Assembly: GCA_048938105.1 (NCBI GenBank)
Contig: JBHLMN010000001.1
Span: 160,001 to 224,000, forward strand
Direction of reading: 5' to 3'
From: Promethearchaeota archaeon
GTDB taxonomy: Archaea; Asgardarchaeota; Heimdallarchaeia; Hodarchaeales; Hodarchaeaceae
DNA: 64,000 bases
Every line of letters starts with the position of its first letter. The first letter of the stretch is position 1. Under the pieces are notes generated by a model. The model did no database searches, was not told where the DNA came from, and worked only from the letters and a program-made list of their open reading frames with translations. Made by a program: the position numbers and the translations under genes. Positions 52,470-61,688 of this stretch are shown piece by piece.

Positions 52470-53737
52470 TAACTAATCAAGAAGATCCTTTCAATCTTTT
52501 ATTGCCGACTCATGAAATAGGATCAATGCGGAAGCTTAATGCAACCATTCTTGCCCTTCAAGGGAGAGAAATCCCCCAAGAACATCTTGATGAAATTAAT
52601 TATTGGTGGCCTAAATTAGATCTGGGAGATCCTGAAGAAGCTATCTCAATCCTCCTAAATAAACCTGTCTCCAACGCTAAAGATATCGGGGAATGGCAGA
52701 TGGAGATTTTAAAGCTAAGATTACGTTTTAATGTTCGTTTCTTAGAAAGTACAGGATTAGATCATGTTTTTAGTGGAGAAGCGTGGAGACGGGAGATGTA
52801 CGAGCATGCTGCCAAAGATATTGATGGTATATATTTAGAAAAAGAACATATCCGCTCTTTCGATGATCGTTTTTACAAACCAGGCGTCCGTGTAAAAGAT
52901 GTGGATATTCAACGCAAGAAAAAGATCTATATTGATGAGTTGGAGTACACGCAAAAAGTTACTAACAAACCACTCAGGTTTTGCTTTACTGGTCCCTATA
53001 CGATTTTCAATTGGACAATTAAACCTTCTAGTGACTCTCAGTTCTTATTTGATTTGGTAGACAATGTGTTCATCCCCGAGGTTCGGGAAGCAATTAAAGC
53101 AGGTGCGCGTTTTATCATTTCTGATGAACCTGCTTACACTACTATTCCAAGTGACAGAGAACTCTATTTAGAAGCTTATAACAGGTTTTTCAACGGAATT
53201 AGGGGATATAAAAACGAATATAATTGTAGGATAGGATTTCATACTTGCTTTTCTCATAGGTATGATATTCTATTTGAAGACTTACCTGAGGTTTCGTGGG
53301 ATTATTGTAGTCTGGAGTATGCGAATCGTGATTCTAAAATCCCTGGAACATCTCATAATGAGCGTCCTTCATATCAAGAGGGGGTAAAAAGTGTTGTCAA
53401 TGCATATAACGAGGGAAGCCGTTGTAAATTCGCCCTTGGAGTTCTAGAGGTTCATGCTGATCGTCGTTTTACTGAAGAAGAGCTGAGATCAGGAACGGCT
53501 TTTCATCATCTGAGTGTTCTCGTTAGGGATCGACTTCTTTATCAAACAAGAGCCTTATACGATGAATTAGGAGAGGAAGGAGCGTTCTTATTATTGGTTG
53601 CTCCAGACTGCGGATTAAGACCTGTTCAAAAACTCAAAGATCTTTATACAATGCTTCTAGCAATGGTTAATGGAGCCAAAGAAGCTAGAGCAACGTTGAT
53701 CAACGAGTTAGATCTACCTCCTTACAAAACTAATTGA
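52466..53737 (+). CDS. metE: Split/core cobalamin-independent methionine synthase, catalytic subunit
   Basis: THEIGS, EMYEH, TGPYTI and DEPA motifs; zinc ligands in HTC, LEYANR and PDCGLR; AAGGAGG RBS. Confidence 0.85.
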   Translation: MITNQEDPFNLLLPTHEIGSMRKLNATILALQGREIPQEHLDEINYWWPKLDLGDPEEAISILLNKPVSNAKDIGEWQMEILKLRLRFNVRFLESTGLDHVFSGEAWRREMYEHAAKDIDGIYLEKEHIRSFDDRFYKPGVRVKDVDIQRKKKIYIDELEYTQKVTNKPLRFCFTGPYTIFNWTIKPSSDSQFLFDLVDNVFIPEVREAIKAGARFIISDEPAYTTIPSDRELYLEAYNRFFNGIRGYKNEYNCRIGFHTCFSHRYDILFEDLPEVSWDYCSLEYANRDSKIPGTSHNERPSYQEGVKSVVNAYNEGSRCKFALGVLEVHADRRFTEEELRSGTAFHHLSVLVRDRLLYQTRALYDELGEEGAFLLLVAPDCGLRPVQKLKDLYTMLLAMVNGAKEARATLINELDLPPYKTN

Positions 53738-53841
53738 AAAAAGGTATTTCGAAATATAAAAGTGAAAAACTAACCCTTAATTGAGAATAAAAATGTTCTT
53801 AAAATCTATTACAACGAAAAGTGTTATGAAGGAATGGAATT

Positions 53842-55005
53842 ATGGTTTCAACACGACATTTATTCACTTCTGAATCTGTTACTGAAGGTCATCCTGACAA
53901 GATGGCTGATCAAATTTCAGACGCAATTCTAGATGCTATTTTAGCAAAAGATCCTAATGCCCATGTAGCCTGTGAGACGTATTTAACGACAGGAATGGCC
54001 TTAATCGGTGGCGAAATATCAACAAGAACATATATTGATATTCAAGACGTCGTTCGTAAAAAAATCAAAGATATTGGTTATACTGATTCGAAAATGGGTT
54101 TTGATTACAAGTCAGTTGCAGTGTTAAATGCTATCCATGAACAAAGTACGGATATAGCACGGGGTGTTGAAAGACCCCAGCCAGAAGACCAAGGAGCAGG
54201 AGATCAGGGGATGATGTTTGGGTACGCTTGCAAGGAAACTGACTCATTGATGCCCCTCCCAATTATGCTGGCTCATGGTTTAACAAAGCAGTTAGCTGTT
54301 GCACGGAAAAAGAAGGAAATCTCTTGGTTACGTCCTGATGGGAAATCTCAAGTAACGGTTGACTATAGTAACGGCGAGCCTACTAGTGTAACAACTGTTG
54401 TTATTGCAGCGCAGCATGCCAAGGATGTCACTCATGATGAAATCAAAGAAGAAATCATTACTAAAGTGATCCAAAAAGTAATTCCATCAAAATACTTAAC
54501 AGATGATACGGAGTATTTTATTAATGAAACGGGCCGCTTTGTTATTGGGGGTCCTCATGGTGATACTGGTTTAACTGGACGGAAAATTATTGTAGACACC
54601 TATGGTGGTGTTGGCTCTCATGGTGGAGGGTGTTTCTCTGGAAAAGATCCATCAAAAGTAGACCGCTCTGGTTCTTATGTCGCTCGTTGGGCAGCTAAAA
54701 ATGTAGTAGCTGCTGGTTTAGCTGATGAATGTGAAATTCAAATTGCCTATGCGATTGGCGTGGCTAAACCCTTGTGTATCAACTTAGATACGAAAAGAAC
54801 TAATGTTATTCCTGAAACGGACATTCTACACTTAATTAAAAAGCACTTTGACTTTCGACCAGGAATAGTGATCGAACAGCTTAAACTTAAACGCCCTATC
54901 TACGCTAAAACAGCATCATATGGCCACTTCGGTCGTGATGATCCAGACTTTACGTGGGAACGGACCGATAAAGCCCAGATTTTACGTGAAGACGCTGGAT
55001 TGTAA
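53842..55005 (+). CDS. metK: S-adenosylmethionine synthetase, bacterial/eukaryotic type
   Basis: [49 protein letters not shown] and YGHFGR motifs. Confidence 0.97.
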   Translation: MVSTRHLFTSESVTEGHPDKMADQISDAILDAILAKDPNAHVACETYLTTGMALIGGEISTRTYIDIQDVVRKKIKDIGYTDSKMGFDYKSVAVLNAIHEQSTDIARGVERPQPEDQGAGDQGMMFGYACKETDSLMPLPIMLAHGLTKQLAVARKKKEISWLRPDGKSQVTVDYSNGEPTSVTTVVIAAQHAKDVTHDEIKEEIITKVIQKVIPSKYLTDDTEYFINETGRFVIGGPHGDTGLTGRKIIVDTYGGVGSHGGGCFSGKDPSKVDRSGSYVARWAAKNVVAAGLADECEIQIAYAIGVAKPLCINLDTKRTNVIPETDILHLIKKHFDFRPGIVIEQLKLKRPIYAKTASYGHFGRDDPDFTWERTDKAQILREDAGL

Positions 55006-55022
55006 TTTTAACCAATTTACAG

Positions 55023-55751
55023 TCATGAGTCGACTGTGTCCTTTGATTCCATTGGGTTTGCAGGGGCGATAAAGGTCTTTTCAATGAGTGTCCACGCCAC
55101 TGCCAAGAATGTTCCAATTGTAAAAAAAAATAAAAACCAATCTAATAGATTGAAAATAAGAAAGATCCATACTATGTAGATATTACCATTGCTAACTACA
55201 CTTGGTTCTTTTAATATCCAACTACCAAACGTACTCATTATACTAAGCCAAGAAGCACAAGCAAACATGATAGATATTGTAACCCAAACGTTTAACACAA
55301 TCAATTGAGTTCCTAAAAAGGAGAGAGTGAAGTTTCCGCTTGAATCTTGAATATATAATCCTAACGCAATGAAAAATGGATACCCTTTTCCTTCATCTAG
55401 AACTCTATCAAGCCATTCTCCCTTTTTACTTGATACACCTCTCATCCTCGCTAGTTGACCATCGAGACCATCAATGAGAGCAGATAGCCATATACAAAAA
55501 CCAACTATGAATAATAATACAATATTACCCATTGAGATAATTAAAATCATTGATCCAAGAATAACCATAAAATAACTGAACCAAGTCAAACGATTAGGAG
55601 TGATGATCCCGAATGGATAAATAAATCGGACAATAGGCCCACAGATTTTTTGCATGAATCGAGCAGTGAAGTCTTCTTTCATAAAACTATATTCTTCTGG
55701 TTTTTCTATATTTCTACGTGAGAATTTTGTGAATAACCTTTGTAAAGACAT
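55023..55751 (-). CDS. CDP-alcohol phosphatidyltransferase family
   Basis: TPNRLT and DGLDGQLAR...GEWLD..LD signature. Confidence 0.9.
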   Translation of the reverse strand: MSLQRLFTKFSRRNIEKPEEYSFMKEDFTARFMQKICGPIVRFIYPFGIITPNRLTWFSYFMVILGSMILIISMGNIVLLFIVGFCIWLSALIDGLDGQLARMRGVSSKKGEWLDRVLDEGKGYPFFIALGLYIQDSSGNFTLSFLGTQLIVLNVWVTISIMFACASWLSIMSTFGSWILKEPSVVSNGNIYIVWIFLIFNLLDWFLFFFTIGTFLAVAWTLIEKTFIAPANPMESKDTVDS

Positions 55752-55798
55752 TTTTTGAACTCCTAAAATCTTAGAATTCAATTATTTGCGTCTAGTTT

Positions 55799-56218
55799 CT
55801 AGCTTCCTTTATTTTGGAGCATTCGTTCTTCAATATTTGACGCTGATACTCCTTCTGTGTATGGAATGTATATTACTTTAACTCCCTTCTCTTTAAGTTG
55901 CTCTTCAAACATGTTATACGATTCAGAGTCATACCAATCATCCCCGATAAATAGAATATCGAATTTTAGCTTCTTCCATGCTAGTATTTTATCACTATTA
56001 TTATGGGGAATGGCTAAATCCACATATTTACATGCAGATAAAACTGCTATTCTATCCTCGAGATTAATAATTGGACTTTTTTTCTTTTCTTGCTTCGCTA
56101 ATTCGTCAGTAGTTGCACCAACAATAAGACGATCACAATAAGTCTTAGCAGCCTTCAGGAAATTTACATGACCCTTATGAAAGAGGTCAAAAACACCTGT
56201 AGTATATCCTACTTTCAT
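55799..56218 (-). CDS. tagD: Glycerol-3-phosphate (polyol-phosphate) cytidylyltransferase
   Basis: YTTGVFDLFHKGH, GDDW and YTEGVS motifs; start at ATG56218. Confidence 0.85.
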   Translation of the reverse strand: MKVGYTTGVFDLFHKGHVNFLKAAKTYCDRLIVGATTDELAKQEKKKSPIINLEDRIAVLSACKYVDLAIPHNNSDKILAWKKLKFDILFIGDDWYDSESYNMFEEQLKEKGVKVIYIPYTEGVSASNIEERMLQNKGS

Positions 56219-56340
56219 GTTTGATCTCCATTGTCGCAGAGGGTTTGAAGTTTTAATCATTTTTGAAAAAACTTTAGAAATAATCTCCTTTCTCGTCTCT
56301 GAATGACTTAATTAATTTAAGAAAAATTTACTTAGATCTG

Positions 56341-57711
56341 ATGAAAATGGTCACTAGAGTAGCTGTTATTGGCATGGGGTATGTTGGGATTCCCATTGCT
56401 GCCTTGTTGGCTGATACTGACATCTTTAATGTCACTGGTATTCAGAGACGCTCGAGACGATCAGGATGGAAGATTGATTACATCAATCAAGGAAAATGTC
56501 CAATAAAGAACGAGCCTGGACTTGCAGGATTAATAGCAAGAGTTGTCAAAGAGAAGAAATCGTTTTCAGTGACAGATGACATTACTAGCGTTAAAGAAAT
56601 GGACTATGTGCTAATTGATGTTCAAACACCAACTGATGAAAATCACATTCCTCAATATGTGTCACTAAAAGAAGTCTCTCATCAAGTTGGAGAACATCTC
56701 TCAAAAGGTACAACAATTATCATTGAATCAACCTGTGCTCCTGGTACCACAGATTTCATTGTAAAACCCATATTGGAAGAAACATCTGGATTCAAGAGTG
56801 AAAAGGATTTTTATCTGGCTTTTGCTTATGAGAGAGTCATGGTTGGTAGGCTGATTTATAACATTTTGAATTATCCCCGAATAGTGGGTGGAGTAGGACC
56901 TAAGAGTTCAGAAAAAGCGATTTGGTTATATAAGCAAGTTTTGAAGAATAAGATCATCCCAACAACAGCCTTAACAGCTGAGCTTGCAAAAGTAGTGGAG
57001 AACACTTATCGAGATGTCAATGTTGCTTTTGCAAATGAAGTAGCCCTGGTTTGTGAGTCGTTAGGAGTAAATGTCTATGAGGTACGAGAACTTGTGAATA
57101 ATTTACCCTTTATTGAAGGGAAAGGGAATCCTCATCGTAATATGCATATACCTGGCGCAGGAGTGGGTGGCCATTGTCTTCCTAAAGATCCATGGTTATT
57201 AAAATATGGATTGACTCAGTATGGAAAAAAAGCAGTACAACTAAGTGTAATCGAAGCTAGTCGTTATAGAAACTTGGATATGCCGAAACATGTTGTAACT
57301 CTGTTAGAAGAGTGCTTGACCGAAACCAAAAGAGAATTTCCCAATAACTTGAAAATTGCAGTACTTGGAGTGGCTTTTTTAGAGGATTCAGATGATCCAC
57401 GTAATACCCCTACAAGAGACTTAATAAATCTCTTAAATGAAAAGAACTACCAATTTTCTGTTCATGATCCTCATGTTCGCCAACAAGAGGTTGATTTTTC
57501 TTTTTCAACAATTTTAGATGAAGTTATTAAAGATTCAGACGCTTTAATTGTAGTAACAGCGCACAAAGAATACAAAGATTTGGATTTAGCTCACATAAAA
57601 ACAAAAATGAAAATAAATCCAATAATAATTGATGGAAGAAAGACATTTGACCCTAAAGAGGTCATTAAGTTAGGTTTCAGCTACCGAGGAGTAGGCCAAG
57701 GCCAAAGATAA
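56341..57711 (+). CDS. Nucleotide-sugar dehydrogenase (WecC family), paralog of 34083
   Basis: GMGYVG, ENTYRDVNVAFANE and GVGGHCLPKDP motifs. Confidence 0.9.
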   Translation: MKMVTRVAVIGMGYVGIPIAALLADTDIFNVTGIQRRSRRSGWKIDYINQGKCPIKNEPGLAGLIARVVKEKKSFSVTDDITSVKEMDYVLIDVQTPTDENHIPQYVSLKEVSHQVGEHLSKGTTIIIESTCAPGTTDFIVKPILEETSGFKSEKDFYLAFAYERVMVGRLIYNILNYPRIVGGVGPKSSEKAIWLYKQVLKNKIIPTTALTAELAKVVENTYRDVNVAFANEVALVCESLGVNVYEVRELVNNLPFIEGKGNPHRNMHIPGAGVGGHCLPKDPWLLKYGLTQYGKKAVQLSVIEASRYRNLDMPKHVVTLLEECLTETKREFPNNLKIAVLGVAFLEDSDDPRNTPTRDLINLLNEKNYQFSVHDPHVRQQEVDFSFSTILDEVIKDSDALIVVTAHKEYKDLDLAHIKTKMKINPIIIDGRKTFDPKEVIKLGFSYRGVGQGQR

Positions 57712-57737
57712 CAGAGAAAAAGCGTTTTATATTTCTA

Positions 57738-58277
57738 TCATCTATTTAAGAGTCCCGTTTCTTTGATATATGTCATTATCTTCGCAACACTCTCTTCAGG
57801 TGTTTCTTTATCTGTTTCAACAATTATTTCTGGGTTAGGAGGTTCTTCATATGGATGGCTAATTCCAGTGAAGTTTTCTATTTCACCAGCAATCGCTTTT
57901 TTATAAAGCCCCTTGATATCTCTTTCAATACAAACCTCGACTGGGCACTTCACAAACACTTCCATGAAATTGCTTGTCTCATCACGTGCTGCTTTTCTAG
58001 AAGCAATGTATGGAGAAATAAAAGAGACTAATGTCGCCACACCATTTCGACTAAGCAGTTTAGCTACAAAAGTGACCCGTTCAAGATTCGTTTTTCTATC
58101 TGCCTCTGTAAAACCTAGATCCTTTGTCAGGCTCTGGCGGACTATATCACCATCAAGAATTTCTACTTTTCTTTCTAGTTTCCTTAATTTCTCAGCAACT
58201 CTGGTGGCTAGTTCGCTTTTTCCAGAACCAGACAAGCCAGTAAACCACAGTACAAATCCATTATGTTCTTTTGTCAT
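57738..58277 (-). CDS. cysC: Adenylyl-sulfate kinase
   Basis: WFTGLSGSGKS, LDGD, DLGF, ISPY, KGLY and FTGISHPYE motifs. Confidence 0.96.
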   Translation of the reverse strand: MTKEHNGFVLWFTGLSGSGKSELATRVAEKLRKLERKVEILDGDIVRQSLTKDLGFTEADRKTNLERVTFVAKLLSRNGVATLVSFISPYIASRKAARDETSNFMEVFVKCPVEVCIERDIKGLYKKAIAGEIENFTGISHPYEEPPNPEIIVETDKETPEESVAKIMTYIKETGLLNR

Positions 58278-59655
58278 TTATTATCACTTTACCTTCGAAA
58301 TCTTCAGGGACTTCTATATCAAACATTTTGAGTATAGTAGAAGCAATGTCTTCTATTTTCGCATCAACCTTACCTTTCCGAAGTTCTTCCTGAGGATCAT
58401 ATAAGATGTACATCCCATCCCAATCGTGCATTGCGTCATCAGAACCAAGATCATTTTCAAGGAGATATAAGGTATTATGACCAATTGTTCCTGCTGCTCG
58501 CCAATAAAGGTCATCAAATATTACCATCAAATCAGGATAGTCTCCCTTTGGATTCTCGTAATACTCTTCAGGATGAAAGACAATATTTTGCATTTTTTGG
58601 CCGTTAATATCCTTCAAATTGAGTAATTTTCTCTTAAGTTCTTCAAGTTCCTTTTTATAATCTTTTACACTGATAAGGCCTGTTTTCTCCCTTCCTTTAA
58701 GGTTTAAGTAAATTTTTGAGCAATACCCTCCCCAAGCCCATGCTTTAGTTTTTGTCCAGTCAATTTCTGCCTCTGATAATCGTGTTTGTTTATCAGGGGG
58801 GTTTTTCAAAACTAAATATTTTTCCTTGATCAACCATTCATTAATGCAAAAAGCTCCTTTCATGGCTTTAACACCATGATCAGAAACTACAAGAATATAG
58901 GTCCTTTCATCGATTAATTTAAGGATTTCACCAATATATTTGTCTATTGATTTATAATAATCACGAATAACATGTTGATATTTACTATTGGGTTCATGCA
59001 TATGATGTGTTTTGTCATAATAACGCCAAAACGCGTGATGAACACGATCTACGCCAATTTCTACAAAAGCAAAAAAATCCCATGGTTTCTCTTGAATTAA
59101 ATGCATAATCATATTCATGTGATTATCTAGCATCTCAAATAGTTGTTTGTAAATATTATCACGATCTCCAGACCGATAATCAATATCTGGAATGTATGAA
59201 CCACACTTTTTTTCTAGCTCTTGTTTTAATTCAGGAGGATACGTATAATTGCTTTTAGAACTGGGGGTCAAAAAACAGCTGACTGACCAACCATTCACTA
59301 CAGGAGGAGGATAACTTGGAGGAATTGCAAATAAACACGATTTTTGTCCTGTTTTAGCAAGTATGTCCCATATTTTGGGTTCTTGTATATTTTTTGAAGT
59401 AGCTATTCTAATTTCTTTGTATGAATACTTTTCTCGATAGCGAAAACCGTATAATCCTAGTTTTCCAGGTGTTTTTCCTGTAAACATGACCATCCATGCA
59501 GGTATAGTGATTGGAGGCATAGATGATCTCAAATTACCAGAAAGTCCATTATTTATCAATTTAGATATATTTGGAAGATCATTTCGAAATTCGTCAAAAA
59601 TTAATCTTGGAGAAGCACAATCAAGACCTATAACTAGCATTTTACGATTATTCAT
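58261..59655 (-). CDS. Alkaline phosphatase superfamily protein (phosphodiesterase/nucleotide pyrophosphatase-like)
   Basis: IGLDC, PPITIPAW (Thr nucleophile), DRVHH, VSDHG and DAMHD motifs. Confidence 0.88.
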   Translation of the reverse strand: MNNRKMLVIGLDCASPRLIFDEFRNDLPNISKLINNGLSGNLRSSMPPITIPAWMVMFTGKTPGKLGLYGFRYREKYSYKEIRIATSKNIQEPKIWDILAKTGQKSCLFAIPPSYPPPVVNGWSVSCFLTPSSKSNYTYPPELKQELEKKCGSYIPDIDYRSGDRDNIYKQLFEMLDNHMNMIMHLIQEKPWDFFAFVEIGVDRVHHAFWRYYDKTHHMHEPNSKYQHVIRDYYKSIDKYIGEILKLIDERTYILVVSDHGVKAMKGAFCINEWLIKEKYLVLKNPPDKQTRLSEAEIDWTKTKAWAWGGYCSKIYLNLKGREKTGLISVKDYKKELEELKRKLLNLKDINGQKMQNIVFHPEEYYENPKGDYPDLMVIFDDLYWRAAGTIGHNTLYLLENDLGSDDAMHDWDGMYILYDPQEELRKGKVDAKIEDIASTILKMFDIEVPEDFEGKVIINDKRT

Positions 59656-59673
59656 TATTTTTCCGCCAATATT

Positions 59674-60819
59674 CTAAGTAACAAAGGGATTCTCATATTG
59701 GAGGATGATATCTGCTACTTCAGGTCTCATTAATTCTTTAGGAGGATGTTTTCCTTCAGTAAGCATCTTCCGAATCTTTGTACCGCTGAAATTTATATGA
59801 TATTCTGAAGAATGTGGACAAATTTTCTCATTTACCACTGATCCACATTTCGTACAATGAGAAAAAGATTTGAAAAACAATGGGACAATTCCTATGTCTG
59901 GGTAATCATCAAATATGTCTTGAGCTGCAAATGGAGGGTAGTAGTTTCCTACCCCCGCGTGATCACGACCAATAATGAAATGGGTACACCCATAATTTTT
60001 TCGCATGATAGAATGGAAAATAGCCTCCTTGGGCCCTGCATATCGCATTTCTGTCAGAAGTGTAACAAGAACTGAGCGCTCACGCAGATAATAATGATTA
60101 ATAAGTGCATTGTATGATTCTAAGATCACTTTGTCTTTAAAATCTCCTTTTTTCTTTTTACCTATTACAGGGTTTATGAAGATCCCATCCACAAAAGTCA
60201 GGGCTGCTTTTTGAACATATTCATGTCCAATATGGGGAGCATTTCTTGTTTGAAAACCGACTATAGTTTTCCATCCTTTTACTCTGAATAACACTCGAGT
60301 TTCTTTAGGTGTCAGATGGTTTTCAGGAAAGGGGACGATTGGTCGCTTTAAGAGATTAATAGTACCCCCTAGCAAGACCTCTTTTCTATTATATATTCGT
60401 TTGACTCCTGGGTGCTTCTCATCTGTAGTGTTAAAGACTGCTTTTACCCAATGTTTTTTATCTGGAATAAACTTATCTTCAAGATCTAAAAGAGCTACCG
60501 CTTCTCCTTGATATGATAAAGCATATTGATTTCCGTTTTCAAGAAGGTTTGCCTGTTCTTTGTCAACAGCAAGCGTAATTGGAATGGTCCATGCTAAGTC
60601 ATTTGTTAAACGACCTGTTTCCAATACAGAGTCCACTTCTTGTTGTGTCATATATCCTTCCAGTGGACTGAATGTGCCTATAGCAATATTTTCCAGCTCT
60701 ATAAAGGTTTCATAGTCAATTGGAATTTGTTTAAATTCTTCAATTTCTTCTCTTATGCGATTCAATTGATTTTCAGATAATAATTGGTCAATCAATTGTC
60801 CTCCATGGGGCTTAACCAT
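59674..60819 (-). CDS. sat: Sulfate adenylyltransferase
   Basis: PHGG, FSPLEG, FQTRNAPHIGHE, MRYAGPKEA, GRDHAGVG and SGTKIR motifs. Confidence 0.97.
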   Translation of the reverse strand: MVKPHGGQLIDQLLSENQLNRIREEIEEFKQIPIDYETFIELENIAIGTFSPLEGYMTQQEVDSVLETGRLTNDLAWTIPITLAVDKEQANLLENGNQYALSYQGEAVALLDLEDKFIPDKKHWVKAVFNTTDEKHPGVKRIYNRKEVLLGGTINLLKRPIVPFPENHLTPKETRVLFRVKGWKTIVGFQTRNAPHIGHEYVQKAALTFVDGIFINPVIGKKKKGDFKDKVILESYNALINHYYLRERSVLVTLLTEMRYAGPKEAIFHSIMRKNYGCTHFIIGRDHAGVGNYYPPFAAQDIFDDYPDIGIVPLFFKSFSHCTKCGSVVNEKICPHSSEYHINFSGTKIRKMLTEGKHPPKELMRPEVADIILQYENPFVT

Positions 60820-60834
60820 CTTTAAGTAACCTTC

Positions 60835-61041
60835 CTAAAGATAGCCGAGCTTTTCGAGGCGTTGTTTTATTTCCTCTTCTTCCTTGGGATCAAGGTCTTC
60901 GGAACCCTCTACTTGCAATAATTGCAACAAGAGATGTTCAACATAATTATCAACGGTATTGAATCTTTCTTGTTTGATTTTTCGCTCCAAGAATTCATAT
61001 AGATTTTTAGAAATCGTTATTGTTTTTGATTCTTTGGCCAT
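60835..61041 (-). CDS. Small CopG/RHH-like protein with C-terminal LEKLGY tail
   Basis: TITISKNLY...TVDNYVEHLL (strand-helix-helix); ends EEEEIKQRLEKLGYL. Confidence 0.8.
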   Translation of the reverse strand: MAKESKTITISKNLYEFLERKIKQERFNTVDNYVEHLLLQLLQVEGSEDLDPKEEEEIKQRLEKLGYL

Positions 61042-61284
61042 TGTTGTTTACCTGCAAACATTATAATTTTTATATAAAATGAACAATACTTTCTAGTTTT
61101 GAAGGTTAATAAAGTCATAAAAGAAGCAAAACATTTTTTTAATTAACTATTATGATATAAGATAACTTTGAACAAACTACTACAAAACTCATAATATTTT
61201 ATAAAAATGATAAATAATCATTATTATAATTCTATGGATATTATAAATGGTTTTGAGCGAAGAAAATAATGAATAGATAATTTT

Positions 61285-61500
61285 TTATGTGTATCCCAAT
61301 TTCTCTAACTTCTCTAATACTTTTTCTTTGTCTTCTTCTGAAAAAGGTTCTTTTCCTTTCTTCGACTCCGTTACTAATTCACGGAGAACATAAACAGTAA
61401 ATCTTGAGACTGATGTGAAACCAGTTCCTTTAATGCGTTCCTGTATCTTTTCATATAATGTTCTCGGAATGGAAACAGTTGTATAATCAGTTGGACTCAA
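61285..61500 (-). CDS. Small CopG/RHH-like protein with C-terminal LEKLGY tail (paralog)
   Basis: TTVSIPRTLYEKI...GFTSVSRFTVYVLRE; ends EEDKEKVLEKLEKLGYT; GCGGTGA RBS. Confidence 0.8.
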   Translation of the reverse strand: MSPTDYTTVSIPRTLYEKIQERIKGTGFTSVSRFTVYVLRELVTESKKGKEPFSEEDKEKVLEKLEKLGYT

Positions 61501-61688
61501 ATTATCACCGCAATTATCAAAACACAGTTTAAAATGGATTTAAATTTTTCTATTCTTGTAATATTTGTTAAGATTAATAATCATTCTTAAACTAATTTTC
61601 AATTTTGACCTCACAAATTAAGTATAATTCTCATTAATATCTAATGCATCATTTAGCGACCATGAACTTAAATTTGTTAATTTATTGC

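Noticed and set aside
53738-53841. SAM riboswitch upstream of metK
   Set aside because: The spacer is short and A-rich, with no GC-paired stems or SAM-I consensus.
57738-60819. Dissimilatory or assimilatory sulfate reduction operon
   Set aside because: There is no apr, dsr, cysH or sir in the window; cysC plus sulfotransferases favour PAPS for sulfation.
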